Virus record (IMG/VR): IMGVR_UViG_3300045988_095776
Span: 1 to 64,000 of that record
DNA: 64,000 nucleotides
Strand: one strand, 5' to 3'
Origin: a virus
In this document: positions 1 to 8,666 of the stretch, in pieces
How the letters are laid out: every line of letters starts with the position of its first letter
Position numbering within the stretch: the first letter of the stretch is position 1
Notes under the pieces: generated by a model
The model's database searches: none
Seen by the model: only the letters and a program-made list of their open reading frames with translations
Told to the model about the DNA's origin: nothing
Program-made: the position numbers and the translations under genes

Positions 1-6
1 ATTTCT

Positions 7-666
7 ATGACAAGAGAACAGGCAAAACAGGTACTTATTGGCTTTGGAATCGAGGAACCGTCTGAAGAGCAGGTGACTAAATATCTTGATTCTGTTGAAA
101 CAGAGACAAAAAAAGTGAAGGAAAAAAATACTTCTCTGAAAGAAAAAGCTGATAAAGCAGATTCCCTTCAAAAGGAGCTGGATGATTTGAAAGCCCAAAA
201 CATGACGGATGCTGAAAAACAGGAAGCAGAGCGGCAGAAGGAAAAAGCCGAAAACGAAAAGAGGATTTCCGACTTGGAAAAAGCACTTGCCGAATCCAAC
301 AGGAAAGCACTTTCCAGTGAGATTACATCTGCTTTTGCTAATGCGGGCCTTTCCGCAGAAACATACGCAAGCGCTATCAAAGCATTTTCATCTATGCCAG
401 CAGACAAGTCTGAAGACGTAATGAAGGAAGTCAATACTTTTGTTGATGGAATTTCCGAGGCAAATAAAGCGGCTCTGGATAACGCAAAATCCGAATGGGA
501 GAAATCAGTTCTTGATAATACTCCGAATCCGGGCGGCGGAAATCCGGATAAGGGACAGAAAAAAGATGACAACGATAGTCCAGCAGCTAAGTACGCAAAA
601 GCTTACTCGGCACGCATGAACCCTAAAACAGAACCGGCAGACGACAATGCACCGGTTAATTTTTAA
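7..666 (+). CDS. phage head scaffolding protein (charged coiled coil)
   Basis: 219-aa K/E/A-rich ORF immediately upstream of decoration and capsid genes; no enzymatic motif. Confidence 0.55.
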   Translation: MTREQAKQVLIGFGIEEPSEEQVTKYLDSVETETKKVKEKNTSLKEKADKADSLQKELDDLKAQNMTDAEKQEAERQKEKAENEKRISDLEKALAESNRKALSSEITSAFANAGLSAETYASAIKAFSSMPADKSEDVMKEVNTFVDGISEANKAALDNAKSEWEKSVLDNTPNPGGGNPDKGQKKDDNDSPAAKYAKAYSARMNPKTEPADDNAPVNF

Positions 667-688
667 TCAAGTAAAGGAGATTTAGATT

Positions 689-1033
689 ATGGCTTTTATG
701 AAAACAAAGCAGTATGAGTCCACTCCAAATATTCTCGAATCTGAGGTTGGGCTGGTACTGAAGACTTACACCGCAGACGCAACAAATGCAACGGCAGTAA
801 ATGATAAAAAAATCATCAAAGCAGGTTCCGTGTATCCGACAAATGGGACTGGTGCAAAAGGAATCGTATTTGAAGATGTTGATATGACAGATGATGCTAA
901 AAGACCGATTTCCGTGATCGTAGCAGGACGTGTCCTTGAGAAAAGGCTGCCAGTTGCAGTCGACGAAACTGCAAAAACAGAGCTTACCGCACAGGGAATT
1001 GTTTTTGTAACCACTACAGACCCAGTATTTTAA
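689..1033 (+). CDS. head decoration protein, lambda gpD-like
   Basis: 114 aa, RBS AAAGGAG upstream; lies between scaffold and capsid; C-terminus DETAKTELTAQGIVFV resembles the gpD C-terminus as I recall it. Confidence 0.55.
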   Translation: MAFMKTKQYESTPNILESEVGLVLKTYTADATNATAVNDKKIIKAGSVYPTNGTGAKGIVFEDVDMTDDAKRPISVIVAGRVLEKRLPVAVDETAKTELTAQGIVFVTTTDPVF

Positions 1034-1048
1034 GGAGGTATAACTACT

Positions 1049-2083
1049 ATGCCATACAATGTATTAGATGCTATCACAGCAGAAGAAAGATTAAATTTTG
1101 CTCAGAATTTTTCTGTAGCGAGACCTGGTATTCTTGATACCATTTTCCCGGATGTAAAAACACCGTATTGGAAAGCCGAGTATTACAGACTTATGGCTGG
1201 ACAGCGACTGCCAGAGGTAGCATTTGTTCACGCTCTTGATACTGAAGCAGAAATCGGCTCCAGACCGGGATTTGAGAAAGTTCTGACTGAAAAACTCTTT
1301 ATCAAGAGGAAAATCAATCAGTCCGAGCGTCTCCAGGAAGCTATCGAAAACGGTGTTCCAGATAATGAGACTCTCACAAACTTTGTTTTTGACGATGCCA
1401 CAAACCTGTTTGAAGGTGTTGTTGGAAGGGCAAACATCATGAAGGGTCAGTTCCTTTCAACCGGTATGGTAAAAATTGATGAAAACAATGTGAAAATGGA
1501 TATCGATTATGGCGTACCAAGTTCTGCAAAGGTCACTCTTACCAACTGGTCTACAGCAGATGCGGATATCATGGGCGATATTCAGAAGATGGTAACTGTA
1601 GCCGAGGATTCCGGATACGTAGTAACAAATGCAGTCACATCTCTGAAGATGATCAACTACATGAGAAACAACACAGCTATGCAGACAGCTGTTCTGGGAG
1701 CTGCGAATAAACGTCTCCTTACCAGACAGGAACTTGCAAATCTGCTCATGCAGGAGTACGGAATCACCGTTGGCCGTTGCGACGAGAAATTCCGTTACAG
1801 AAAAGCAGACGGAACTCTGATGACTGGAAGATACTTCAAAGAGGATGTGTTCACTCTCTACGAAGCTGATGCAGGCGGTTCCTTCGGTACTGGACTTTGG
1901 GGACCAACACCGGAAGAGAATGAATACAGACAGTTCATCCAGGAAGAGAATCGCTCTTTTGTTACTCTTTCCATGTGGGCTACACAGGATCCAGTTGCTG
2001 TTTGGACAAAAGCATCCGGTATGTTTATTCCGGTAGCACCGAAAGCCAACGGCGGTATCGTTATCGGTACAAAGGGGGAATAA
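1049..2083 (+). CDS. major capsid protein (lambda gpE-like)
   Basis: 344 aa, RBS AAGGAGG, position after scaffold/decoration genes; typical size and order. Confidence 0.75.
   Translation: MPYNVLDAITAEERLNFAQNFSVARPGILDTIFPDVKTPYWKAEYYRLMAGQRLPEVAFVHALDTEAEIGSRPGFEKVLTEKLFIKRKINQSERLQEAIENGVPDNETLTNFVFDDATNLFEGVVGRANIMKGQFLSTGMVKIDENNVKMDIDYGVPSSAKVTLTNWSTADADIMGDIQKMVTVAEDSGYVVTNAVTSLKMINYMRNNTAMQTAVLGAANKRLLTRQELANLLMQEYGITVGRCDEKFRYRKADGTLMTGRYFKEDVFTLYEADAGGSFGTGLWGPTPEENEYRQFIQEENRSFVTLSMWATQDPVAVWTKASGMFIPVAPKANGGIVIGTKGE
2071..2077 (+). promoter_or_regulatory. candidate -1 ribosomal slip site A_AAG_GGG at end of capsid ORF
   Basis: fits X_XXY_YYZ in the capsid frame, 4 nt before stop TAA 2081-2083; -1 frame stays open to 2286. 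Confidence 0.4.
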
Positions 2084-2286
2084 CCGGGCATAGTCTTGAC
2101 GAGAACAGCCAGTCACCAGCTGTAGCGAGTGTTGAAGATAATGATTTAACACATAAATACACAGAAAGCGAGCTGTCAAGCATGACTGTACCGCAGTTAA
2201 GACAGCTTGCGAGTGACAATGGCTATGCCCTGACTCAAACAAATAAGGCTGGCATAATCGCGGAAATTTTAACTCAACAAGGATAG
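2074..2286 (+). CDS. -1 frame ORF with Rho-N/SAP-like helix-extended-helix module; possible capsid C-terminal extension or 34-aa stand-alone peptide from ATG 2182
   Basis: no RBS-supported start; ends MTVPQLRQLASDNGYALTQTNKAGIIAEILTQQG. Confidence 0.4.
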   Translation, partial: GGITGHSLDENSQSPAVASVEDNDLTHKYTESELSSMTVPQLRQLASDNGYALTQTNKAGIIAEILTQQG

Positions 2287-2296
2287 GTGGTTTTGA

Positions 2297-2623
2297 ATGA
2301 ACGAAGAGCTTATTAATGATTTGATGAATTATTTATCTGATGACATAGAAAATCCTGAGATGGTTTCTCTATCTGTTAAACGGGCGATTCGTTCATTCAA
2401 GAAGAAGAGAAATTATCCTTCTGGTTATACAGACGAAAAAATTTGCAATGATATGGAAAACTGCTATGACTGTATATTTGACTTAGCACTTTTTTTTCTT
2501 GTAAAACAAGGTGCTGAGTTTCAAGGTTCGCATTCTGAATCTTCTGTAAACCGAAGTTGGGAATCTGAGACTGAAATCTATATCAATCATGGAGTTTTTC
2601 CATTTGCAGGAAGTTTGACATAA
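2297..2623 (+). CDS. head-tail connector / DNA-packaging adaptor (gp6-like)
   Basis: 108 aa, follows capsid gene; size and N-terminal acidic helix typical of connector family. Confidence 0.5.
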   Translation: MNEELINDLMNYLSDDIENPEMVSLSVKRAIRSFKKKRNYPSGYTDEKICNDMENCYDCIFDLALFFLVKQGAEFQGSHSESSVNRSWESETEIYINHGVFPFAGSLT

Positions 2624-2738
2624 AAAGATGGTTGGGACACGTGACGCACTATCAAGTCCTCCCGAAGCGTCGCTGGGTTGCTTTATTTTCGGATGGGAAG
2701 AAGCAAGAATCATGTAGGGAGTGAGAAATGGAGTGGCG

Positions 2739-3050
2739 ATGGGATGTGAACATGAATGTTTTAACGAACACCGCATAGAAGAACTTGAAAAAAATCTTCA
2801 ACAGATGCAGGAAAGACAATCCGAACGCCATAAGGAATTTTATGAGCGTATCGGAGAACTGGAAAGAAAAACTGCTTTAAGCGAGAATGATTTGAACCAT
2901 ATCAAGTCAACTTTGGATGAGATGAATAACAATATAAAGACTCTCATGGCAGTTCCAGGTAAACGCTACGACACAATCATTGTATGTATCATTACTGCGA
3001 TTGTTAGTGCAGCGGTAGGATTTATAATAAACGGTATTCTTCCAGTTTAA
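2739..3050 (+). CDS. XhlA-like coiled-coil protein with C-terminal membrane anchor
   Basis: coiled coil plus C-terminal TM (IIVCIITAIVSAAVGFIINGIL); start moved to ATG 2739 preceded by GGAG. Confidence 0.45.
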   Translation: MGCEHECFNEHRIEELEKNLQQMQERQSERHKEFYERIGELERKTALSENDLNHIKSTLDEMNNNIKTLMAVPGKRYDTIIVCIITAIVSAAVGFIINGILPV

Positions 3051-3074
3051 TTCCACTTGTACGGGAGGACGGTG

Positions 3075-3332
3075 GATATGAATTATACAGACTTTTCAGA
3101 AGATGAAAGAAAATATTATCTGAGTCAATCGGGATTTGATTCACGTGAAAAAGAATTTTTTCGGTTAAGAGTTTATGAGGAAAAAACTTTGCTTGAAGCA
3201 GCGGAGATTATGGGGTATAGCCCACGAACTATTGACCGAATAAATAGAAAAATTAAACAGAAAATTCAGAAAGTTGCCCCGTCTTATGAACGGGGCTTTT
3301 CTTTGTATTGTGGCGAAAATATGGCGAAATAG
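3075..3332 (+). CDS. small sigma-70 region-4-like HTH regulator
   Basis: RBS GGGAGGA; LLEAAEIMGYSPRTIDRINRKIKQKI resembles a sigma r4 HTH. Confidence 0.5.
   Translation, partial: DMNYTDFSEDERKYYLSQSGFDSREKEFFRLRVYEEKTLLEAAEIMGYSPRTIDRINRKIKQKIQKVAPSYERGFSLYCGENMAK
3276..3305 (+). terminator. rho-independent terminator-like hairpin inside the 3' end of the HTH ORF
   Basis: gccccg-tcttatgaa-cggggc followed by ttttcttt. Confidence 0.45.
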
Positions 3333-3388
3333 TGACGTTCAAATGAAGAGTTCCTTCCTATATAATGTAAGCATAAGGAGAAAACAAT

Positions 3389-3586
3389 ATGCTTATGTTA
3401 GAGAACCCTTATGAAGGTTTATGGGAAAAGCATCTGTCAGTTGATGACATGGATGTAATTCTCGAAGCAAAAAGAATGGGAGGAACAGACTATGGCAGGT
3501 TATCCGTATTACCCACAGCCAATTATAAACAATCCATACGGACAAATACAGCCGTATCAGGACAGGCTGGCACAATTGCAGAGTAA
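3389..3586 (+). CDS. hypothetical small protein (overlaps next gene by 95 nt; extent uncertain)
   Basis: strong RBS AAGGAGAAAA before ATG 3389, but overlaps the better-supported ORF 3492. Confidence 0.3.
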   Translation: MLMLENPYEGLWEKHLSVDDMDVILEAKRMGGTDYGRLSVLPTANYKQSIRTNTAVSGQAGTIAE

Positions 3587-3995
3587 CTATCAGCAGACAA
3601 TGCCATATGGACAAATGCAGATGCAACAACCCGTACAGCAAATACCACAAGTCCCAATGATACAAGGACAAATGGTTGATGGTATTGACACTGTAAAGGC
3701 GAAAGATGTGGATATGTCCGGTAATCCTGTTTATTATCCGAAGACAGACGGAACCGAAATCTACAGAAAACAGCTTCAATCCGATGGAAGAAGCAGGATC
3801 TTTGTTTACCGACTTGTAAATTCAGACGAACAGCAACCAAAACAGGAAGGAAAACAGATTGATATTGAAGCAATGTTTAAACAGCTTCATGATGACGTTT
3901 GCTCTGAGATTTCTGGAATAAAAGATTTGCTACCGACACAAATGTCGTTCACAAATGATTCCCCAAGACAGCAGAACGGAGGAAAACAGAGATGA
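3492..3995 (+). CDS. hypothetical Q/P/Y-rich protein
   Basis: RBS GGGAGGA 8 nt upstream; N-terminal 60 aa are Q/P/Y low complexity, globular C-terminal half. Confidence 0.7.
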   Translation: MAGYPYYPQPIINNPYGQIQPYQDRLAQLQSNYQQTMPYGQMQMQQPVQQIPQVPMIQGQMVDGIDTVKAKDVDMSGNPVYYPKTDGTEIYRKQLQSDGRSRIFVYRLVNSDEQQPKQEGKQIDIEAMFKQLHDDVCSEISGIKDLLPTQMSFTNDSPRQQNGGKQR

Positions 3996-4237
3996 GTTTC
4001 AATCCAAATGCCATGATGCAAAAACAAGTTGAAAAAATGATTTCTCAGAGGTTCGGAAGTGTTGATAACATGATGAACGATATGAGTAAATTTGCAGGAA
4101 ATAATCCAACATTGAAAAATGCTTTGGATTTGTATAAAAAAGGTGATACAGATCAGTTGCATCAAATACAGCAAAATGTATTTAACGAAAAGCACTTATC
4201 ACCAGATGGAATTATTCAAAAATTCCTTGGATTATAA
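3992..4237 (+). CDS. hypothetical protein
   Basis: ATGA start/stop overlap with upstream gene. Confidence 0.6.
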   Translation: MSFNPNAMMQKQVEKMISQRFGSVDNMMNDMSKFAGNNPTLKNALDLYKKGDTDQLHQIQQNVFNEKHLSPDGIIQKFLGL

Positions 4238-4333
4238 TACTTCCCCATAATTGGGTGATTCAAAATCGCTACAATTTGGGATGACAGCCGCGGATGTCTC
4301 CTATTGTAAATAAAATTTAAGGAGACTAAAAAC

Positions 4334-5146
4334 ATGATGAATGGTTCAAATTACAGTCTTAGTGACATCGCTGCCGCTACAGGCTCTAATAATCGCGCCA
4401 ATGATATGTGGGGCGGTGATGGTTTTTCACTTATCTGGCTCGTACTGATCTTCGCAATCTTCGGATGGGGAGGTTTCGGCGGCTGGGGCGGTGGCTTCGG
4501 TGGTAATGGTGGAAACGGTGCAAATGGCGCAGGATTCCAAGGATGGGCAACCCGTTCAGATATTAGCGAGAGTTTTGCTCTTAATGATATTCAGAACGGT
4601 ATCAGAGGCATTCAGCAGGGTATCTGTGACAGCACATATGCACTCAACAATACCATGCAGAGTGGCTTCAATGGCGTGAACGTTGGAATGCTTCAGGGCT
4701 TCAATGGCGTTCAGCAGGCAATTAACGCTGACACTGTAGCCAACATGCAGAACACAAACGCATTACAGTCTCAGTTAGCAAATTGTTGCTGCGAAACAAG
4801 GGAAGCTATCCAGGGTATCAACTACAACCTGGCAACCAACACTTGTGCTCTTCAGAACACAATGAACAACAATACCAGAGATATTCTGGACAATCAGAAC
4901 AGCAATACCCGTGCCATTCTTGATTATCTTTGCCAGAAAGAGACAGCAGACCTCAGAGCAGAGAATTCTGATCTGAAACGTGCTGCATCCCAGGATCGCC
5001 AGTCTGCACTGCTTACAACTGCTATGGCTTCACAGACTCAGCAGTTAATCAATGCAATTAATCCGGCAGCCATCCCGGCATACGTTGTTCCGAATCCGAA
5101 TACCTACTACGGCGGATGCAATGGATACAACAACGGTTGCTGCTAA
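4334..5146 (+). CDS. hypothetical membrane-anchored Gly/Trp-rich, N/Q-rich, Cys-tailed protein
   Basis: RBS AAGGAGA; TM helix then GWGGFGGWGGGFGGNGGNGANG; internal CCC; ends GGCNGYNNGCC; own terminator. Confidence 0.75.
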   Translation: MMNGSNYSLSDIAAATGSNNRANDMWGGDGFSLIWLVLIFAIFGWGGFGGWGGGFGGNGGNGANGAGFQGWATRSDISESFALNDIQNGIRGIQQGICDSTYALNNTMQSGFNGVNVGMLQGFNGVQQAINADTVANMQNTNALQSQLANCCCETREAIQGINYNLATNTCALQNTMNNNTRDILDNQNSNTRAILDYLCQKETADLRAENSDLKRAASQDRQSALLTTAMASQTQQLINAINPAAIPAYVVPNPNTYYGGCNGYNNGCC

Positions 5147-5177
5147 GTAACTCACCCTTAGAGGTTGACTAATTCTA

Positions 5178-5208
5178 AGAGGTGGGTTGCGGCTCACCTC
5201 TTATTTGA
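5178..5208 (+). terminator. rho-independent terminator
   Basis: agaggtg-N10-cacctct followed by tatttg. Confidence 0.6.
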
Positions 5209-5223
5209 TTGAGAGGTAGAAAT

Positions 5224-5649
5224 ATGAGTTGTAAAAATGTATGTTCGCTTTGTTCGAAACTGATTCTGTCAACGTCTGTATCGTTTACTGGGGGCAATCT
5301 TGTAATCACACTTCCGGCAGGCAGTTATTCCAATGGAGAAAAGTATTGCATTGTGATCGCACAAAGTATACCAGAAGCCACCACAATTACCGCCCCGGTA
5401 ATGATTCAGATAGGAACAGGAACAACTTTGTATCCGCTAGAGAATCGTTGCTGTGCACAGGTTACGGCTTGCGGAATAAGAACTAGAACGAAGTATGCAA
5501 CCAGAGTAGCTACAAGTGCAACTGGTGGAGTATTCAAGATGTTAGGAAATCCAGCTTGTAGTCCGAGTAACAATTTAACAGCAATTAATGGTACAGCCCC
5601 AACGACAGACACACCTGTTACACAGGCTGTTAGAAAGGGGGCACTGTAA
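5224..5649 (+). CDS. hypothetical Cys/Thr-rich protein
   Basis: RBS GAGAGG before ATG 5224; MSCKNVCSLCSK... N-terminus. Confidence 0.6.
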   Translation: MSCKNVCSLCSKLILSTSVSFTGGNLVITLPAGSYSNGEKYCIVIAQSIPEATTITAPVMIQIGTGTTLYPLENRCCAQVTACGIRTRTKYATRVATSATGGVFKMLGNPACSPSNNLTAINGTAPTTDTPVTQAVRKGAL

Positions 5650-6275
5650 TGCATAAAGTTGCAATGGAAATGGGAAAATGGGCTATGGAAAAAGCCAAAA
5701 CACATGGCTTCGACAATCTCAGTGCTCAAGACTGGGACGATCTGAAAGACTGTATGGAATCCGTAAAGTGCGCGATTTGTGCAGATAAAGATTACAGAAT
5801 CGTAGAAGCCATGGACGAATGTGAACAGGAAGAGAAGTATCTTGGACGCATGGGATACGACAGATATCGTTATTCCAACGGCAGATTTGCTCCAAAAGGC
5901 AGAGGAAGCCGTATGGGATATAAACCATATCTGTACATGGAAGATGATGACTGGATGGACGAGTATCTGAACAATCCAGAGTTTGAACGCAATATGTACC
6001 GCATGGGATATCATCCAGATCGTAGTGATATGAGGATGGATGGAATGAACCATAAGCAGTCCAGATACGGTGAAACCTACGACAGATACAGCGAAAATCG
6101 CAGGCATTACCACGATTCCAACGACACGGAATCCAAAAAGAAAATGGACGAGTCCATGAAAGAGTATACACAAGATGTTATCCGCACGATGTCTGAGATG
6201 TGGTCGGATGCAGACGCAAATCTTAAGCAGCAGATAAGAACTGATCTGACCCGTCTGATACAGCAGATGAATTAA
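5649..6275 (+). CDS. hypothetical acidic/aromatic protein with three RMGY repeats
   Basis: TAATG overlap with upstream gene; RMGY occurs 3 times; D/E/R/Y/H/M-rich. Confidence 0.65.
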   Translation: MHKVAMEMGKWAMEKAKTHGFDNLSAQDWDDLKDCMESVKCAICADKDYRIVEAMDECEQEEKYLGRMGYDRYRYSNGRFAPKGRGSRMGYKPYLYMEDDDWMDEYLNNPEFERNMYRMGYHPDRSDMRMDGMNHKQSRYGETYDRYSENRRHYHDSNDTESKKKMDESMKEYTQDVIRTMSEMWSDADANLKQQIRTDLTRLIQQMN

Positions 6276-6294
6276 CAAATAAGAATTAAATTTA

Positions 6295-6327
6295 GTCCTT
6301 GTTGCAGAAATGTGACAGGGACTTTTT
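6295..6327 (+). terminator. rho-independent terminator
   Basis: gtccttg-N14-cagggac followed by ttttt. Confidence 0.6.
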
Positions 6328-6344
6328 AATTACGGAGATTGATT

Positions 6345-6671
6345 ATGGAGAAATGCAAAATAAATGTTCTTGGAACGGATTACAGAATTATTCCGAAAGA
6401 ATTAAAAAATGCAGATGTTGATGGTTATACAGACAATACATCAAAAGAAATTGTCATTAGAATAGACAATGCGAATAATGTTGGAGATTTTGATTTCTTA
6501 CAGAAAAAACAGTTGAGGCATGAAATTATTCATGCATTCTTGTCGGAAAGCGGATTGCAGTGTAATTGGCAACATACAGAACAGTTCGGACATGACGAAA
6601 CTACTGTTGACTGGTTTGCAATTCAATCTCCAAAGATTTTTGAAGTATTCAAAGAGCTTGATTTAATTTGA
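6345..6671 (+). CDS. small HExxH metallopeptidase (ImmA/IrrE-like)
   Basis: motif HEIIH; RBS ACGGAG before ATG 6345. Confidence 0.55.
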   Translation: MEKCKINVLGTDYRIIPKELKNADVDGYTDNTSKEIVIRIDNANNVGDFDFLQKKQLRHEIIHAFLSESGLQCNWQHTEQFGHDETTVDWFAIQSPKIFEVFKELDLI

Positions 6672-6689
6672 AAAGGATGGTGATAAACC

Positions 6690-7076
6690 ATGCTAAGACA
6701 ATTCTATATGAACGGGGACTTATGGAAAGTCCGCTTTGTTTCGCCTTATGATAGTGTTTTAATTGACCGTACAGGGCAGAGGACACTTGCGGTATCAGAT
6801 TATTCTACAATGACAATTTCGATCGCAAATAATTTGTACGGAGAACTTCTGAACCGGGTGTTTATTCATGAGTTAGGACATTGCGTGATGTTCAGCTACG
6901 GCCTATTGCCAGAACTTCACCGCATGGTTAAAAAACGGTATTGGGTCGAAGCAGAGGAATTTGTGTGCAATATGCTTGCCGATTATGGATGCTTTGTAAT
7001 TGGTGTTGCAAAAGATATTTTAGGAAACCAGTTCACATATGTGGCTCCTATCGGGGCAGAAAGGATGATTGCATAG
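6690..7076 (+). CDS. small HExxH metallopeptidase (ImmA/IrrE- or SprT-like)
   Basis: motif HELGH; RBS AAAGGATGG. Confidence 0.55.
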   Translation: MLRQFYMNGDLWKVRFVSPYDSVLIDRTGQRTLAVSDYSTMTISIANNLYGELLNRVFIHELGHCVMFSYGLLPELHRMVKKRYWVEAEEFVCNMLADYGCFVIGVAKDILGNQFTYVAPIGAERMIA

Positions 7077-7319
7077 ATGGCAAAAGCAGAAAACACAGTT
7101 ATTTTTGATGGAATCAAGTACAATCCCGGTGAGGAATTGCCAGATTTAGGCAGTTGGGTATGTACAGGGGCAAAAGGCATGGTTCGTGATTATGAAGGCC
7201 TGTCAAAGGACGTATCGAAACTTCCACATTACGTACAAAGCGGTTCTTCGGCGTTGTGTCTTGATACTTCTGAATTGTACGAATATCACAAACCTACCGA
7301 TACATGGTACAAACTGTAG
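7077..7319 (+). CDS. small tail-fibre-cluster protein
   Basis: 80 aa, starts directly after the upstream stop; ...GSSALCLDTSELYEYHKPTDTWYKL type C-terminus common next to fibre genes. Confidence 0.55.
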   Translation: MAKAENTVIFDGIKYNPGEELPDLGSWVCTGAKGMVRDYEGLSKDVSKLPHYVQSGSSALCLDTSELYEYHKPTDTWYKL

Positions 7320-7332
7320 GAGGGCGTGGAAT

Positions 7333-7665
7333 ATGGCATTAACAGCGAAAAAAGTATATGCGGTTTTAAGCAGCAAGATTAAGGCTATGGAAGAAAAAAT
7401 GAAGCAGCCGATCACTTATAAAGGAAAAGTAGATACGGTTGATTTACTTCCATTAAGCCCGTCAATTGGTGATATGTACAACATCAGTCAGGCTTCTATA
7501 TATGGTGGTGCAAACACCAATGTTGTATGGAATGGCACGATATGGGATTCATTAGGCACTATTACGGATGTGACAGACGAACAGGTACAAGAAGCTGTTA
7601 ACCAATTTTTAACTCAGAACCCTATCGCACCGACATTGACAGATGATGGTGTTCTTATCTTGTAA
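7333..7665 (+). CDS. tail-fibre tip-like protein
   Basis: start at ATG 7333 after GGAGGG; motif LPLSPSIGDMYNI...VVWNGTIWDSLG; ends DDGVLIL. Confidence 0.55.
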   Translation: MALTAKKVYAVLSSKIKAMEEKMKQPITYKGKVDTVDLLPLSPSIGDMYNISQASIYGGANTNVVWNGTIWDSLGTITDVTDEQVQEAVNQFLTQNPIAPTLTDDGVLIL

Positions 7666-7680
7666 CAGAGGGAGATTAAA

Positions 7681-7998
7681 ATGCGTATATTAAAATTTAT
7701 CGTAAACAAACAAAAGATAAGACCAGACCCGAATTGCGATTTTAGTGGTTTGGTAAAAGGCACGTCGGGGTACTTAAAAGCATCGTTCTCGTTTTCGCCA
7801 GAATGGAATGGGTGCAAAGTTGCTGCATCGTTCTGGAGAATGGATCACGAATACCCAGTCCTTGTTCAAAATGGACAGTGCGAAATTCCGCCAGAAGCAT
7901 TGTCATGGGATTATTTTTCTTTATCCCTCATGGGGATGAAGGACAATGGCAAATATATTTTAACAACAGACAAAATATTAGTATCTCAAAAGGGGTGA
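7681..7998 (+). CDS. hypothetical fibre-cluster protein
   Basis: RBS GAGGGAG; same-strand gene train. Confidence 0.55.
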   Translation: MRILKFIVNKQKIRPDPNCDFSGLVKGTSGYLKASFSFSPEWNGCKVAASFWRMDHEYPVLVQNGQCEIPPEALSWDYFSLSLMGMKDNGKYILTTDKILVSQKG

Positions 7999-8007
7999 TG
8001 AATACAC

Positions 8008-8655
8008 ATGGCAACAGCTTACGAAATGCTCTTAGAGTCCCAGACAACAGAAGATTCTACTGCAAATGCCGGTGATGTATGCCTGATTAGCCCTGATACA
8101 CGACGGATTATAATTCCAGAAACACTTGTAATTGGCGGTGTAGAATCGGATAAAAATTCCGAGCGAATAAAGTTTTCATGTCCCAAAGTGGTTGGAGATA
8201 ATCTGGATTTATCAGAATTTCAAATCAGAATAAATTTCAGAAATATCAGCGCAACAATACCGCCGATAATTGTTAAAGATCAGTATATCTGCGAAGATGT
8301 AACTGTAGATGGTGACAATATTTCATTTTCATGGTTGATCGGACGAAATGCTGCGAAGAATAGAGGAATCTTACAGTTTATTGTGTGTGCAGTAAAGGTA
8401 AATTCGGATTCAGAAATCCTGATTGAGTGGAATACCACCTTGACGCAGTTAGAAGTACTTGAAGGTATTGAGGTAGGTGAAGTACAGCCTACCGAATCAG
8501 AAAAAGATGTGATTGCACAGCTCTTGAAAATAACAAAAGAAACATCTGACCAAGCAGTGACAGCGGTAAACGAAGCAAAGAAACAGGCACTCAAAGAAAT
8601 CGAAACAGCAAAAGTACTTCCTCGTCTTAGCGATGATGGCGTACTTATTTTTTAG
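8008..8655 (+). CDS. hypothetical fibre-cluster protein
   Basis: 215 aa; ends LSDDGVLIF, the same tail motif as 7333-7665. Confidence 0.6.
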   Translation: MATAYEMLLESQTTEDSTANAGDVCLISPDTRRIIIPETLVIGGVESDKNSERIKFSCPKVVGDNLDLSEFQIRINFRNISATIPPIIVKDQYICEDVTVDGDNISFSWLIGRNAAKNRGILQFIVCAVKVNSDSEILIEWNTTLTQLEVLEGIEVGEVQPTESEKDVIAQLLKITKETSDQAVTAVNEAKKQALKEIETAKVLPRLSDDGVLIF

Positions 8656-8666
8656 GAGGTTAGAGA

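Noticed and set aside
1457-2242. Long antisense ORFs in the track (1457-2242-, 5406-6278-, 19800-20267-, 25113-25772-, 38810-39331-, 53707-54222- and similar)
   Set aside because: They lie fully opposite well-supported genes, lack RBSs and have odd Cys/Ser/Phe/His-rich or low-complexity composition. I treated them as shadow ORFs.
3389-3586. Frameshift fusion between ORF 3389 and ORF 3492
   Set aside because: Both have their own strong RBS and ATG, and no slippery sequence was evident in the overlap. I left them as separate ORFs, with low confidence in the upstream one.
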